From Rhynchopus sp. YZ270_cl-10 (Eukaryota), in NCBI GenBank assembly GCA_964035575.1, contig OZ037836.1, forward strand, positions 1,860,001-1,924,000: a DNA stretch of 64,000 nt, read 5' to 3'. Under the pieces are notes generated by a model. That model saw only the letters and a program-made list of their open reading frames with translations. It searched no databases and was not told the DNA's origin. The stretch's first letter is position 1. Each line of letters begins with the position of its first letter. The translations under genes and the position numbers were made by a program. Shown in pieces: positions 22,981 through 35,887 of the stretch.

Positions 22981-24768
22981 ATGAACTGCCTCGATGCTGT
23001 ACTATCGCTGGACGGGTCGTTGTGCGCGAAGGAACGCAAAAAGCGCTCGATTGTGCTGTTCTTCGCTTTGGCTGGGATTGTCTTTCTTGTTGCTGGGGTG
23101 GGCGCACGCATGGGGAAGCCGATTCCCGCAGCTATCCTTGCTGTGTACATCACGTCATTTGTCGTGGTGCTGTACCTCCTTGGATGTGTTCTGTGCAAAA
23201 GGGAGCTGAGCCACAACCTAATTGTCACTGTATTGTACACTGTTAGTGTTGGCTTCTTCATAGTCGACCTGAACGCGCGGACCGTGGGCATCCAAACGTG
23301 GCCCCTCCTCGTCGTTGTTGTTGATTTGTTCTTGGTTCTGGAGGTGCCCGGGCAGTACACAACCGGGTTGGTGGCGTTCACTGTCTTCTGGTTGATTTTG
23401 ATGGCTGTAGAAGAAAGCTTTCGTTTCGGGATCTTCGACCTCCCAGGGCTGAATGAGCAGCACGGTGAGTTTGGGAGAAGAGCGCACTTTCTTGCAAGAA
23501 TGGACTGCGAGACGCTGCCGTGCCCGGTAAACTTCCCCCCAAGAACGTTGTTCACCGCACTGTCCGTTTTTGTAGTGGACTTCATGGCAACCCGAGGCTT
23601 CGCGAGGGAGGTGCTGAAGGAGCAGGCATCCATGGAGAAGACGATCAACACTGTGCAGGTCATTGCCTCGATGCTGGCACAGTATGACGTGGAGGGGGTG
23701 GCCAGCCTGCTGACGACACACGAGGCCGACCTCCCTGCTGCCATGACCGAAGCGCTTCGGCACCTAGAAGAGAACCTGCGCCTCTACAAAGCGTACCTCC
23801 CGATGACGTGCCTGCCCTTTCCCACTCATGAAGTGGCGCGCGGCGATGTTTTCGACCGTGGATTATCCTGTTCACGGTCGTCCTCGCTCGCTTCCTCCTT
23901 ATCCATCCAGCATCTTGTTTCGAGTCCTCGAGCCCTCGCATTGCCTCAGCTAGGCTTGAGTGCCGTCAAGGCAACGTTGTTAACGATAAATATAAAAGAC
24001 ACATATGCGATCTTGGAGGATGGAGGCACCCATTTTGCGGCGTTGTTCACGATGTTGCTGCAGCGTGTCATTGATGCGAGCGAATCGCAGAGGGGGATGG
24101 TCGATGTGTTTGTCGGCGACAGAGTACATTGCTCATTCAACACTACCCGGGTCTGCGCCAACCATGCGACATCAGCTCTGCACGCAGTATCAGCAGTGCT
24201 CGGAAATTCGATGGCAGTTGACGTCAATATGGGTGTCGCAACAGGAAACGTGCTGCGTGGTGATATGGGATGTGACGGAATGCGTCGCTTCAGCATGGTA
24301 GGTCCTCTGGTGCGTGATGTGCACGGCATGGAGAGGGCAGGGCGTACGCTTGGGTGTACCGTCGTGTGTAATAGGATATGCTTTTCAGATGCAGAGTGTG
24401 AGCATCAGTTACGTCTGTTGCCGTGCAGGGTGGAGGTGGACAGCGGGTGTGAGAAGGAGCACATTGCCGAGCTGCTTGAAACCTCCAACGACAACGACCC
24501 CGACGCAGACGAATGGATGTACATGATAGGCGGCCGCAGTGATTGGGACACATACAACGCAGTGGTGCGGAAGTACCTCAAAGGCAAGGCGTCTGCGCAG
24601 GACGTCATCGACGCTGCCTCTCAGGGTGTCTGTGCACAGAAACCCCTCAACGTTGTGCCCGGGTCGGTAAAAGGGGACCTCCTCTGTCTGCCGGTGCGCA
24701 CGGCGTGTACCTCACGGTATTCCACACTGGATGCGTCAGTGTCGGTCGTTTCTTCGCACGACAACTGA
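22981..24768 (+). CDS. Membrane cyclase-like protein (copy 2, tandem paralog of 18833-20620)
   Basis: 595 aa; near-identical to copy 1; different last residues due to a 4-bp indel. Confidence 0.85.
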   Translation: MNCLDAVLSLDGSLCAKERKKRSIVLFFALAGIVFLVAGVGARMGKPIPAAILAVYITSFVVVLYLLGCVLCKRELSHNLIVTVLYTVSVGFFIVDLNARTVGIQTWPLLVVVVDLFLVLEVPGQYTTGLVAFTVFWLILMAVEESFRFGIFDLPGLNEQHGEFGRRAHFLARMDCETLPCPVNFPPRTLFTALSVFVVDFMATRGFAREVLKEQASMEKTINTVQVIASMLAQYDVEGVASLLTTHEADLPAAMTEALRHLEENLRLYKAYLPMTCLPFPTHEVARGDVFDRGLSCSRSSSLASSLSIQHLVSSPRALALPQLGLSAVKATLLTINIKDTYAILEDGGTHFAALFTMLLQRVIDASESQRGMVDVFVGDRVHCSFNTTRVCANHATSALHAVSAVLGNSMAVDVNMGVATGNVLRGDMGCDGMRRFSMVGPLVRDVHGMERAGRTLGCTVVCNRICFSDAECEHQLRLLPCRVEVDSGCEKEHIAELLETSNDNDPDADEWMYMIGGRSDWDTYNAVVRKYLKGKASAQDVIDAASQGVCAQKPLNVVPGSVKGDLLCLPVRTACTSRYSTLDASVSVVSSHDN

Positions 24769-24786
24769 GGGTTTTTGAAAATGGGT

Positions 24787-26059
24787 CAGTCCATAAACCA
24801 CCCCCCCCAAAAGGTAACCTGGGGTCCTTATTTTTATTTCATCTGGGTTCTACTGGGACTTTCTCCCCGATTTTTTTTTTAATGAACTCAGAGTTAAGTT
24901 TCTGGGTTCAATAAAAAAAACGACGAGCAAAAAGTCCAATTGGAAATATGATGGATACCCCCCGAGAGCAAAATAAACCAACGGTAAAAATTGGTACCCT
25001 TGGTTTCCTATAGGTTCCTATAGGAAACCTACATTTTCCCATAATTTCCCACACAACTTACTTGACAACAGGATGAAAACAAATACAAAAATGGCAAAAG
25101 TGAGTAAAACCGTGCAAGGGGCACTGGACTTTGCTAGGGCTCTGGGGGAAACGCAGTTCTCAGGGGAGAGACTCGCAAGGAGGTTCTTGCCTACGCGAAG
25201 GCACGCAGTTGTTACCGTAGGGGTTTCCGGGAAGACGTGTGGTTCAAAGCTTTATGGAAAGCGAGAGGAATATCCCTCATCCTTCACAGGAAGAACACCA
25301 CCCGTGAGGGACGCGCGGTCCAACTGTATTTCTGCAGTAACCTGGATGAGTGTGTGGGTGCCATCAGAAGGTACGGAGGGGTGAACAACGCGTATTTACC
25401 CCTTACAGCAAGGAGAATGGCAGCGGCGTCGTTGTCCGTGCCTCCAAACACGCGGAAGGCTTGTGCAAAACGTACCTTCTGATGGCACCCACACACTCAT
25501 CCAGGTTACTGCAGAAATACAGTTGGACCGCGCGTCCCTCACGGGTGGTGTTCTTCCTGTGAAGGATGAGGGATATTCCTCTCGCTTTCCATAAAGCTTT
25601 GAACCACACGTCTTCCCGGAAACCCCTACGGTAACAACTGCGTGCCTTCGCGTAGGCAAGAACCTCCTTGCGAGTCTCTCCCCTGAGAACTGCGTTTCCC
25701 CCAGAGCCCTAGCAAAGTCCAGTGCCCCTTGCACGGTTTTACTCACTTTTGCCATTTTTGTATTTGTTTTCATCCTGTTGTCAAGTAAGTTGTGTGGGAA
25801 ATTATGGGAAAATGTAGGTTTCCTATAGGAACCTATAGGAAACCAAGGGTACCAATTTTTACCGTTGGTTTATTTTGCTCTCGGGGGGTATCCATCATAT
25901 TTCCAATTGGACTTTTTGCTCGTCGTTTTTTTTATTGAACCCAGAAACTTAACTCTGAGTTCATTAAAAAAAAAATCGGGGAGAAAGTCCCAGTAGAACC
26001 CAGATGAAATAAAAATAAGGACCCCAGGTTACCTTTTGGGGGGGGTGGTTTATGGACTG
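24787..26059. mobile_element. Foldback/palindromic element: 589-bp inverted arms and a 95-bp spacer
   Basis: Arms at 24787-25375 and 25471-26059; mirrored ORFs 25073(+) and 25773(-) share their first ~100 aa; CAGT...ACTG termini; absent after cyclase copy 1. Confidence 0.9.
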
Positions 26060-26113
26060 TGCCAAATAGAAAAAAAAAAATGGAGTAAAAAAAAAAAAAA
26101 AAGTACACGTTTG

Positions 26114-28726
26114 CAGGGTTCTATACAGCATTCCGCCCACGAGGGGCTGGCTCGGTCAGAATCGGTTTGACTCGGTCAGCCCAAAAAAAAATTTTCCCCC
26201 CTCCACAGGGAATTATATCATACATTCCATGGTTCTCCGTATAGAAAAGCCTGTTTTTGGAGCCACTTTAAAGTGATAAAAAATCCGCCAAAAAAATCGT
26301 GCGACCCCGGAATTTTTTCAGATCGATCCGGAAATTCACTGCCGCCCATTTTTGGGGGTCAACAATTCACGACTTAAGTCGTAAATGGAACTGTCCGTGG
26401 ACACATGGTTTTTATAAAATTTTTCCCCCGATTTTTTTCCCGATTTTTATTTATTTGGAAAGATCGGTTACGAAAACGTTCAATTCCGGGGTCGCACGAT
26501 TTTTTTTATGCCTCTGTGGCTGGTTAGGTGATTTTTGGCTGTGGTACCCCCTTTGGGAACATTTCTATGCAGGTTTCTTAAGGACTTCCTTAAGAAAACC
26601 TCCTCTTTGGGTCGCAACACAGTGGCGTTTGTAAATTGATTTCTTTTTGGATAAAGTTTTCGGTTTTTGTTTCCTTGGATTTATTTTTTACAAATCCTTC
26701 AATTCGGACACATTTTTTATCCCGGAAACACACTCCACGGTACGCAACTTTTGGTGGAGCCGACCCCCTTTTATGCACCGAAATCCCTATACGTTACTGT
26801 ATAAAGACCCGTGGAGCCACTTTAAAATGACTTCTACTCCACGAAAGTGGTCGATTTTTTTTATGGTGAAAAGCGGGGAGCTCGGAAATTCACTGCCGCT
26901 GGTTTTCAGGGGGGAAAAATTACATGTCACACACCCACCTCACCGAGAGCCAAAACAGAAATACGCTCGCCTTGATATTTTTTTTTGAAAAAAAATTTTT
27001 TTTTCTGGATTTTTATTTCGTTGGATCCGGCCGTTTCGAAACGTTCAATTGCGGGGTCGGACGATCAAAAATATGCATCTCACATTTCTGAGTGCAAAAT
27101 ATGAAAAAGTATACGGAGAACCATGGAATGTATGATATAGGTTTTGGGGTTTTTCGCTGAAACTCGTCGAGCCCGGGTCCCCAACCCAGCTCAAGTTGGG
27201 GGCCTCCGGCGGAAAGTGAGAATTCCTCGGTTATCCAACTGCGGAGTTCGGCACTTCATTGAAGCAATTCGTGCACCAGGCACAAGTGTGTCTGTAGCCT
27301 CAGTACATTTATAACAAAGAAAGGGCGGGCACGGCACCCAAAGCGAAGCCACGGTACGCAACATTTCTAAAAAAAAGTTGACACAAAACGGCACTGTCGC
27401 TGGTAATTGTGGTCAGCTTCCGTAATTTTACTCCCCTGTTTTTCTAAAACGAAAGTTTCTGGCGAATCCACGGTACGCAACATTTCTAAAAATTGCGCTT
27501 AAAATTGCACATTTTTACTGCAAAAGTATATCATGGGAAGGGTGGGTTGCAATCTTGCGCCGCAGGCGCACGGTACGCTACTTTTATTATTTCGCCATGC
27601 TGCATGCTTCCTTTTCCTTCGGCGTTTGACCAATTGAGTCGCGTTTTGGCTGTGACGGGTCACTTTGTTCATGAGGCCATTTCTGGTCACTCTCAGAGGC
27701 TAGTGTGAGGTACCAAAATTTCCACCCCAAGACTTGGAAAAAAAATCTGAGATTTATAAAAAAAAAAAAAAAAAAACGGCTGACCCAGAGCTCGCGCTAA
27801 AGTCCATCCCTCATCCCGGGATTTTTGGGGGTTTTGGTAGGAACGTTTTTTTTTTGCAGTACGGGGATTTCATTAAGAAACCAGAAGTTCTAATATTGTT
27901 GAGTAAGACCACCACATAGTGGACTTGCATATACATGTGACCCCGCCGTGGAACGCAATTGGCTCGGAAAGTCAAAAGAAAGAGGAGAAAAAAGAAAAGG
28001 AAAAAAAAAAAAAAAGTTGGTTACCGTGCGCCTGCGGCGCTGCCTGTTCCCTTCCAGTTTCTACAGGCAAACACTTGCCCCCTTTACCTTACACTGACGG
28101 GTTTTGACCAAAACCAAGAACTTGTCCATTTCGGCAAATTGACCCCACCACAGAACGGACGAATTCCGGAAATGCAAATGCCGGTGTTTTCGCGCATTTT
28201 CATGTTGCAAGACGTTCAGGATCAGGGAGAGAAAATCTGGTTGTGGGATTTACATTGGCCCTCTTTACCCACATGGATTTTGACCAAAACCAAAAAATTG
28301 GCCATTTCGGCAAAGTGACCCCACCACAGCGCGGACGGATTCCGGAAATTCCAATCGCGGTATGTTTTGGGGCTGAAAACCCACTGATTTTCAGGAGAAA
28401 AATTGCTTCCAAATCTCGGAATTTTCCGAATTTTCCTGAAAATGACCCTTGTTTACGAGTATGGGTTCATATTTTGCGAAAATTTAAGTCACTAAAATTT
28501 TGTCCATTTTTCCGTATATACCCCACCACAAGCCGGGATTGGCCCGGAAATGCCACAAAACGGGGTTTCCGGGCCTCCCCAGCTAACCTTTTCAAGGAAC
28601 GTTTTTCCGTACCCGAAATCCATTTTTTCCCCATTTTTTCCCATAATTAGCGCGACCACTGGGCTGACCGAGTCAACGTCTGACTCGGTCAGACCGACCG
28701 AGTGACCGGACCTGTATAGAACCCTG
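26114..28726. mobile_element. hAT-like non-autonomous element with 15-bp TIR CAGGGTTCTATACAG and 6-bp TSD CGTTTG
   Basis: TSD at 26108-26113 and 28727-28732; empty site GTACACGTTTGCCACTGAG at 21426. Confidence 0.88.
26216..27137. mobile_element. Nested TA/TATA-flanked TIR element
   Basis: 30-bp inverted repeat TATATCATACATTCCATGGTTCTCCGTATA at 26214-26243 and 27110-27139. Confidence 0.8.
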
Positions 28727-29224
28727 CGTTTGCCACTGAGTTTGTCTTCACTAATTTACTTTTTGTTGTGTGTTTTTGTTTGGAAGCGGCAACGCATCGA
28801 GATGACGGGTGAGGGAACTGCACGAGACACTTTTTTGACAGCATTGGACAGCCATTTTGGGCTTTCTTTGCGAAAGGGGGCGTGAGGATGGGGAAATCCG
28901 GGGAGTTTGGGTACTCTACAAAAAAGTGAGAAACAAAATCATGATACCTGCGAGCAGTGGATTATACAGAAAGCAAGGGGGGGATATATAAAGCCCTGCC
29001 TACTAGTAAACCAATACTACAGGTGTCAATAGCTATCTGCACCCACACAGGAAAAACGGGAAACGAAACAGGGGGTGAGAGTTTGTTGGTTTGTACGTTT
29101 CTACCCAAATCAAAACCACATAGATGGTTTGCATTGCCTCTTGCAAAGAGCGACGACAAGGCAAAGAACTCACTCTTTTACAAGGGAATAAGGGTTCAAT
29201 TTTTGCAACAGCTTTTTCTTTTCT

Positions 29225-30450
29225 TTTTTCAACCTACCTTCCTTCACCCCCCCTGTAAGGGTAACCGTAGGTGAAGTAAGGTATAGTATTGAAATCGATG
29301 TGGGGGGGGAGTAAAGGGTCAATTTTACAAAACCAGATTTTGAGGAAAAGTTTGGCCAAAAATGGGCCCCACGTATAAGCAACCGGGCTCATATTTCTCA
29401 AAATTTAAGTGGTCAAAAAATTGTCCAATTTTCGAGATTGACCCCACCACTGCACGGGCGGAGCCCAAAAATGCAAATAAGGACCCTTTTTCAACCTACC
29501 TTCCTTCACCCCCCCTGTAAGGGTAACCGTAGGTGAAGTAAGGTATAGTATTGAAATCGATGTGGGGGGGGAGTAAAGGGTCAATTTTACAAAACCAGAT
29601 TTTGAGGAAAAGTTTGGCCAAAAATGGGCCCCACGTATAAGCAACCGGGCTCATATTTCTCAAAATTTAAGTGGTCAAAAAATTGTCCAATTTTCGAGAT
29701 TGACCCCACCACTGCACGGGCGGAGCCCAAAAATGCAAATAAGGACCCTTTTTAATTTGTTCTCTTGAAATATGTAATTTCATATTTTCGCGAAAAAAAA
29801 TAAGACTGATCCTACAAGGGTTGAAGGAAGGTGGTTGAAAATTACAATAACAACAAGAACAAGTAATTGCTAAGAAAACAAACGGGTGTGCTGTGGAAAA
29901 CTCCGCGCGATTTTCGAAACCACCATAGCATCCTGGCGATTTGCTGTAGGTGCTGATGTGCCTGGTGTGATCGACGTGTTGTCGTCTGTGCATTCTGTGC
30001 TTCTTCCACACTGCTCCAACGACGACGACACTGCGTGGGACCCTGTGGACAAAAACGAGCTGGAACACGCCGAGCCTGCCGAGCCGACGTCCAACAACGC
30101 TATCGATCAGATGGTGCTGGATGAAGAGGACAGCCCCCCTTCTTGAACGTTTCATCAGATGCAGGCGTCCAGTGGGTCTGGCAGCGTACGAAGAGCGTTA
30201 ACATACCTGCTGAAGAGCAGAGTGCTGGGTGTTTGAATGAAAGTTGTTGTTTTTGCTTGAGCAGAGTGCTGGGTGTGTTGTAGATAATTTCTATAGGGTG
30301 GAGTTCCACAGCACACCCCGTTTTTTTTCCCGATAGCAATTACTTGTTTTCAGTTGCAAAAAAAAAAAAACAAAAAAATAAAGACAAAAAAAGAGGAGAC
30401 GACGCTGGTGGACAAAACTCCATCTTTTGATTGAAATAATATCTTAATCA
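29225..30450. mobile_element. Composite insertion: TIR element 29226-29841 with a 262-bp tandem duplication, plus an inverted-repeat element 29858-30348
   Basis: Absent from the paralogous site near 21920; flanked by CTTTTCT; inverted termini TTTTCAACC(T)ACCTTCCTTCA and AACAAGTAATTGCTA...GTGTGCTGTGGAA. Confidence 0.7.
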
Positions 30451-30798
30451 CTTTTCTCTATTACCTGTGTCCCGAATAAGGAATACGTTGAAGGAGCACT
30501 TGAACAAGAGAAAACAAAAAGCTTGCGTTTCTTTTTATCTAACAATCTCCGCCCAAAACGTAAAACACCACCGTTCAAAATCAGAAATAGCTATTTTTTA
30601 CCGACCAGAAAAAGTCGTTTTCTTGACGAGTGTTTTTCTGAGTGCACAACGTGCGCAAACTCGATGCTCATAACATAGATCTATTTTTCAAAAACACAGC
30701 AGAGATTTGCACAAAACTGTAGCAACACAAACCGAGGCAACTACACTACTCCAATAATTTATCAAAAAAAAGAGGGGCAAAAAGAATTATAGGTCAAT

Positions 30799-33700
30799 GG
30801 AGGTACCCTAACTGTTCGGTCCAATTCGGTGTAATTCGGTCCATTTCGTTTTTTTTTTTTTTCGCAAAGGGAAATTTCAGGGTCCTAGCTTGGTTTTGAA
30901 AAAAAATGCCAAATCTGGGTCAGAATTTTTTTTTTGGGTCAGCAGAGGTTTTGGGCCTTGGGGGGCTTGTCTTGGCTTTTTTGGGTTTTCCGAGCTCTAC
31001 CCTCACTGTGGTGGGGTCATTTCAGAAAAATGGACAAGTTCTTGACTGATACAAATTTTGGTCACTACGACTCGTGAGTTGTTCACAACGTTAAATGGAA
31101 CGCTACTACAACCTTAAAAATCACTCCCGTTCATAGATCACCCAACACAAAATATATAAAATGGCGCCGCAGGCGAAAAAAATTACGGTACGGTGAAAAA
31201 ATGTAGCTTTTTACACCACAGAGTCACTCTACGAACCCTTTTTTGCGGAGCAAAAAAGGGAAAATGGCGCCGCAGGCAAAAAAAAAATTGGGTCCAGCCC
31301 TGGACGGTGCCGGATTTTTTTGTCGATATTTTTTTCTTACCCAGAAAAGGTGGTGGGCCCCCCAAAGAGGGGGGAAAAATCAGAATTTCCCAATTTCCAA
31401 ATTAATTAATTCCCTTTTTTTTTTTTTTCGTGGGTCGCGACCCAGGCACTTGGGTCAGCTTGACCCACTGACCCAGGCAAGCTAGGACTCTGGGAAATTT
31501 CCCCTTGTACCAGAAAAACCGAAAAAAACGAAATGAAAACCGAAAAAAACCGAAATGTTAGGGTACCTTTTTTGGTCGATTTCGTTTTTTTTCCAAAGGG
31601 GGGACCCTTTGGTCGCCGAAATTCCCCAGCCAAATTTGGTCGCAAAATCGGCCGATTTTTCAAAAATCTCAAAAAAAAAAATTTTTTTTTCACAAGTGTT
31701 TTTGAGGCCTGCTCACTACACCCTAGGCACCCTTCTGAGACCAAAAAGTCCAAAAAAGCATGAATTGGGCTGTTTTGAGCATCTAGAGTTTATTCCCCAG
31801 CCATTTTCTGTACCACCAGTGCATTTTGTATGGGCCAGCGCCTTGTCAAAAAATCGAAAAATCTCAAAAAAAAAAAATCCAAATTTTTTTTTTCACAAGT
31901 GTTTTTGAGGCCTGCTCACTACACCCTAGGCACCCTTCTGAGACCAAAAAGTCAAAAAAAGCATGAATTGGGCTGTTTTGAGCATCTAGAGTTTATTCCC
32001 CAGCCATTTTCTGTACCACCAGTGCACTTTGTATGGGCCAGCGCCTTGTCGAAAAATCGAAAAATCTCAAAAAAAAAAATTTTTTTTTCGGGAAAATTTC
32101 GACCACTGAGGTGGGTCTTTGGGCACCAAAAAATGCAAAAAAAATGCAAAAATCGGGTGTTTTGACCATCTGTGGTTACACAAAACACACTTCTGTGTAC
32201 AAGCCTACACCAATACAGTGGTAATACAAGGCGATTTTTGACCAAAAAAAATTTTTGGGGAATAGTCAGTTATACCCTACCCTTTTTTTGAAATGGTCAG
32301 AGATACCCGAAAATAAGTTCAGATATACCCGAAAACCAGAAATAGGGCATAACTGACTATATCTGAACTTATTTTCGGGTATATCTGAACTTTTTTCGGG
32401 TATCTCTGAACTTATTTGGGGTACCCACTTATTTGGGGGTACCCCCTTTGATTTTTTGCCCAGTGGGTGAGTGACCCACCATGAGGGAATGCGACAGCAG
32501 AGACAGTATTGAAGCAGCATGGTATGATTTTCACCCCTCTACCCCACACACAGTTACTTTTAGTGGGGGTAAATACCCGCAAACCCGCAAACCCTTATAC
32601 ATGGTCCCTCGCTTCGCTTGGGAACCATTAGTGCAGCAGGAAACTCTCTGTAGCGTGAAAAAAGGCTACCTTATTTCGCGGAAATACATAGTTATTACCA
32701 CTTTTTTCATTAACCTCACCCTTCCCGACTACTGCGTTTGTACACCATACTTAATCACACCCCACATTTACACTCATCACAGGATCGTGAAATCTGAACT
32801 GCATCCGTGATTGCGATGAGCGCCGCTCTCCGACATTCAACAACTCAAAATACAAGGCTTCACCCAAATCAATCTATTCTAGATTTGTTTGTGGACGAAG
32901 ACCTGGGGGTGGGAACACTTTGTCAGTCACTGCTATAGCCATTAACCCAGGGAGCATAGCTAGTGCAAGAAATTCGACTTTGGAAACCTTCCGGAAAGTC
33001 TGTCCTCTGCTTACGGAGGACGAGGCACAAGAAAATATTGCGTTCCCCCAGAAAACCAGTGCACATTTCACACTCCTTGTGGGTGGTCTTGTTGCCTTTT
33101 TTGTCAAGTAATTTTGGCCCAGGCATGCTCTCGAAGCATGACAATTTAGTGTGTATGGGGCAGGGTGTTGTTTTGTTCTGAATTCTCTTTGTTATAACAT
33201 CTAAGTCAATCGCGGGTGGTGGTTTGTGTAGCGTGAGGCACTCTTTTTAGCAAACTTCCTGCGGCTGCTAAAGTGTTATTTCTTCGGATTTAACAACGTA
33301 CAGCGTAACATAGTGGTTTCGCCTGGTCGACACAACCTTTGATAGATATGGGATAACCAACCCCCTTCGACCCCTCGTGGGTTCACTGAACAAGCCCTAG
33401 TGGTAGTTAAACGCGATTGACATTTACATTCCTAGAGATGAAAGAACAAGATAACACTTCTGTACCCGCGCATCAAAATTGTGGAAAACTTTGCACCCCA
33501 AACACCCTCAACAACGCCCGCCAAAAGGCGCCCCTTGTTGCTGGGAGTTGGTTCTCATGATACCTGCACAGCGGGCATTCCTCTGAGTCCAACGCATGTT
33601 TGGCCTGTCTGCGGCGTTGTACTTCAGGTGCACGAAGACAGGGTCTGGTGGTAAATTTTGCGTAGTACTGCGACGTGGTACTGCGTGGGTCTGGGAACCT

Positions 33701-35040
33701 GGGTACCTGGGTACAGGAAATTTGTTGTGGAAGACATCAACCACCATGCATTGAGGAGGGTAAGACAGTGGTCGCAGTTTCTACCTGATAGCATTACAAC
33801 ATTTAACTTCTCCACGGGGGTCTTGGGCCGTTCACTCGGTTCTACCTTGACTACCGGAAGATATTCTTGAGGCCTTTCTGGTCTCTAGTATATCCGGTCT
33901 TCCCGAACGGAGGCACACTTTGTGTGTTACTACGACCTGGCAATCTCCAGCAGTAGGTTAAGTAATCTTTCTTGTAAATTGTTGGAACATTATCTCCTCA
34001 GTGCATGAATGCCCCACGTGACTGGACACTTTTGTGTTTGTCATGTGGAGCTGTGGTTGCTCTTTCACGACTTTTTTCCTGTTCCTGGGTACCTGTTCCT
34101 GGACCTGGGTATCTGGGTATCTGGGTATCTGGGTATCTGGGTATCTGGGTATCTGGGTATCTGGGCATCTGGGTATACCCGAAAACCAACTTTTTTGGGG
34201 TGCCCGAAAAAAGTTGGCGATATGGTCAGACATGCCCGAAAATAAGTTGAGAAATGGTCAGAGATACCCGAAATACCCGAAAATAAGTTCAGATATTGGT
34301 CAGTTATGCCCTATTTTTGAAAATGGGGCATCTCTGACCAATATCTGAACTTATTTTCGGGTATCTCTGACCAATATCTGAACTTATTTTCGGGTATCTC
34401 TGACCATTTCAAAAAAAGGGTAGGGCATAACTGACTATTCCCCAAAAAATTTTTTTTTCGCCCAAAATCGGGCGTGGTACGTCATAAAATGGCCCAAAAA
34501 ATCCAAGGAAAACCTTCGATTGGGCAAATTATGAAAAAAATTTTCAAGTCAAATTTTCAACCAAAATACGGTCATTTTGTTCACACAGTGATTCTACGTC
34601 ATGCTAGCTTCCTGTGCAGAACTCCAGCAATTCACCAATGCCGGCATCTATCTTTCCATTATCGCCATTGCACTTCGTTCACGCCATTGCACTTCGGTCA
34701 TTTTGTGCATACCCTGTGACTGTGGTGGCTAGAGAACACGCACATGCAGACCCGTTCCTTGCAATTTCCAGTGTTGTGTTTATATTTATGGTTTTTGACC
34801 CAAAATCGGGGTGGGTGGGCCATAATTTGCTCCAAATTTGGCCGAAAATTGGGATTTTTCTGAAAATTTTCATTGTGCCCAGCAAAAATCCTTGATTTTT
34901 TGAAGAATTTTCCAAAAAATATGCTATACCCCCTATGACTGGACCCAACTCCCCTCACCCTTTTTTTCCCCTAAAAAAGCCCCCAAAATTCCTACCATTT
35001 TTACCATTTTTACCATTTTTGACCAATTTAGGGTACCTCC
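30799..35040. mobile_element. Large non-autonomous TIR element (13-bp TIR GGAGGTACCCTAA, 3-bp TSD AAT; Harbinger-like)
   Basis: AAT at 30796-30798 and 35041-35043; internal 31593-32250 and 34450-34970 homologous to the 15748 element. Confidence 0.75.
32257..34443. mobile_element. Nested Mutator-like element (~70-bp TIR starting GGGGAATAGTCAGTT, ~11-bp TSD AAAAAATTTTT), containing a (CTGGGTAT)n array at about 34105-34176
   Basis: Long TIRs directly visible; the TSD is low complexity, so its length is uncertain. Confidence 0.75.
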
Positions 35041-35714
35041 AATTGTCTATTTTGTTCCCACCCAGCGTGTTCCTGCACGATAACGACGGTGGTCCAGATG
35101 TGTGTACACGCGAGGCATATTCGCTAAAGGTCGTTTTTTCTTTTGTACGAGTATGCAACACGTCTGGAAATGAATGACGCGTTCTTCGGTTGCCATGAGT
35201 CTTACCGTTTCCCCTTCCCCCCTTTTGTGCTCCACCTCTCCCCCGTACTTCAGGACGCGGGTTTTCGGGGTATTTCGGGACTTTTGGGGTTTGAAAAAAA
35301 CCCCATGGATGGATGCGATCAACAAACAACAAACAACAAATAAATAAAGAAGGGGGAGTATTTCATTTTGTGTGGGGATGCGTTCAAGAATTAAACTCTT
35401 CCCCCCAAACCCCCTTTCATCTCTAGTTTTATTTATCCAAACGTCGAGTGGATGCGTAATAATTTCGACTGAGATGTGTTTTAGCACGTTTCAACTACTC
35501 TTTTTTTCTTCTTCACAAGATGACCGAAGTACGAAGCTAACGACGACATACACTTTTCTTTTCTACGTTTTGCAAAACACACACCATACAAAGAAAGATG
35601 GGATCATTTTTGTTGATCCCTCACCATATACTATCAATTTATTGATTGCATAATATTATGATGAAAATACTTTTCTCTTTTTCTCAACAGATGGGAACAT
35701 TGTTGCTCCCTATA

Positions 35715-35887
35715 CGTACACTCGAGGCGAGTCGTATGCGCGAATCATTCTCGCATTCTCGCATGCGAGAATCATTCTCTCTCACGTAGAAGGATTTTGG
35801 TCGTGCGAGAGTGAGAATTGTGCGAGATTTTTTTGTCAGACCAGAATTGTGCGAGAATGCGAGAATGCGACTCGCATCGAGTGTACG
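35715..35887. mobile_element. 173-bp MITE with 6-bp TSD CCTATA
   Basis: TIR CGTACACTCGA[G/T]GCGAGTCG; CCTATA at 35709-35714 and 35888-35893. Confidence 0.75.

Noticed and set aside
32500..34080. Possible transposase remnant inside the Mutator-like element
   Set aside because: No DDE or zinc-finger motif recognisable in the ORF track or the frames I read by eye
34105..34176. (CTGGGTAT)n array as a telomere-like repeat
   Set aside because: An 8-bp unit internal to a TIR element and related to its GATACCC subterminal motif; not TTAGGG
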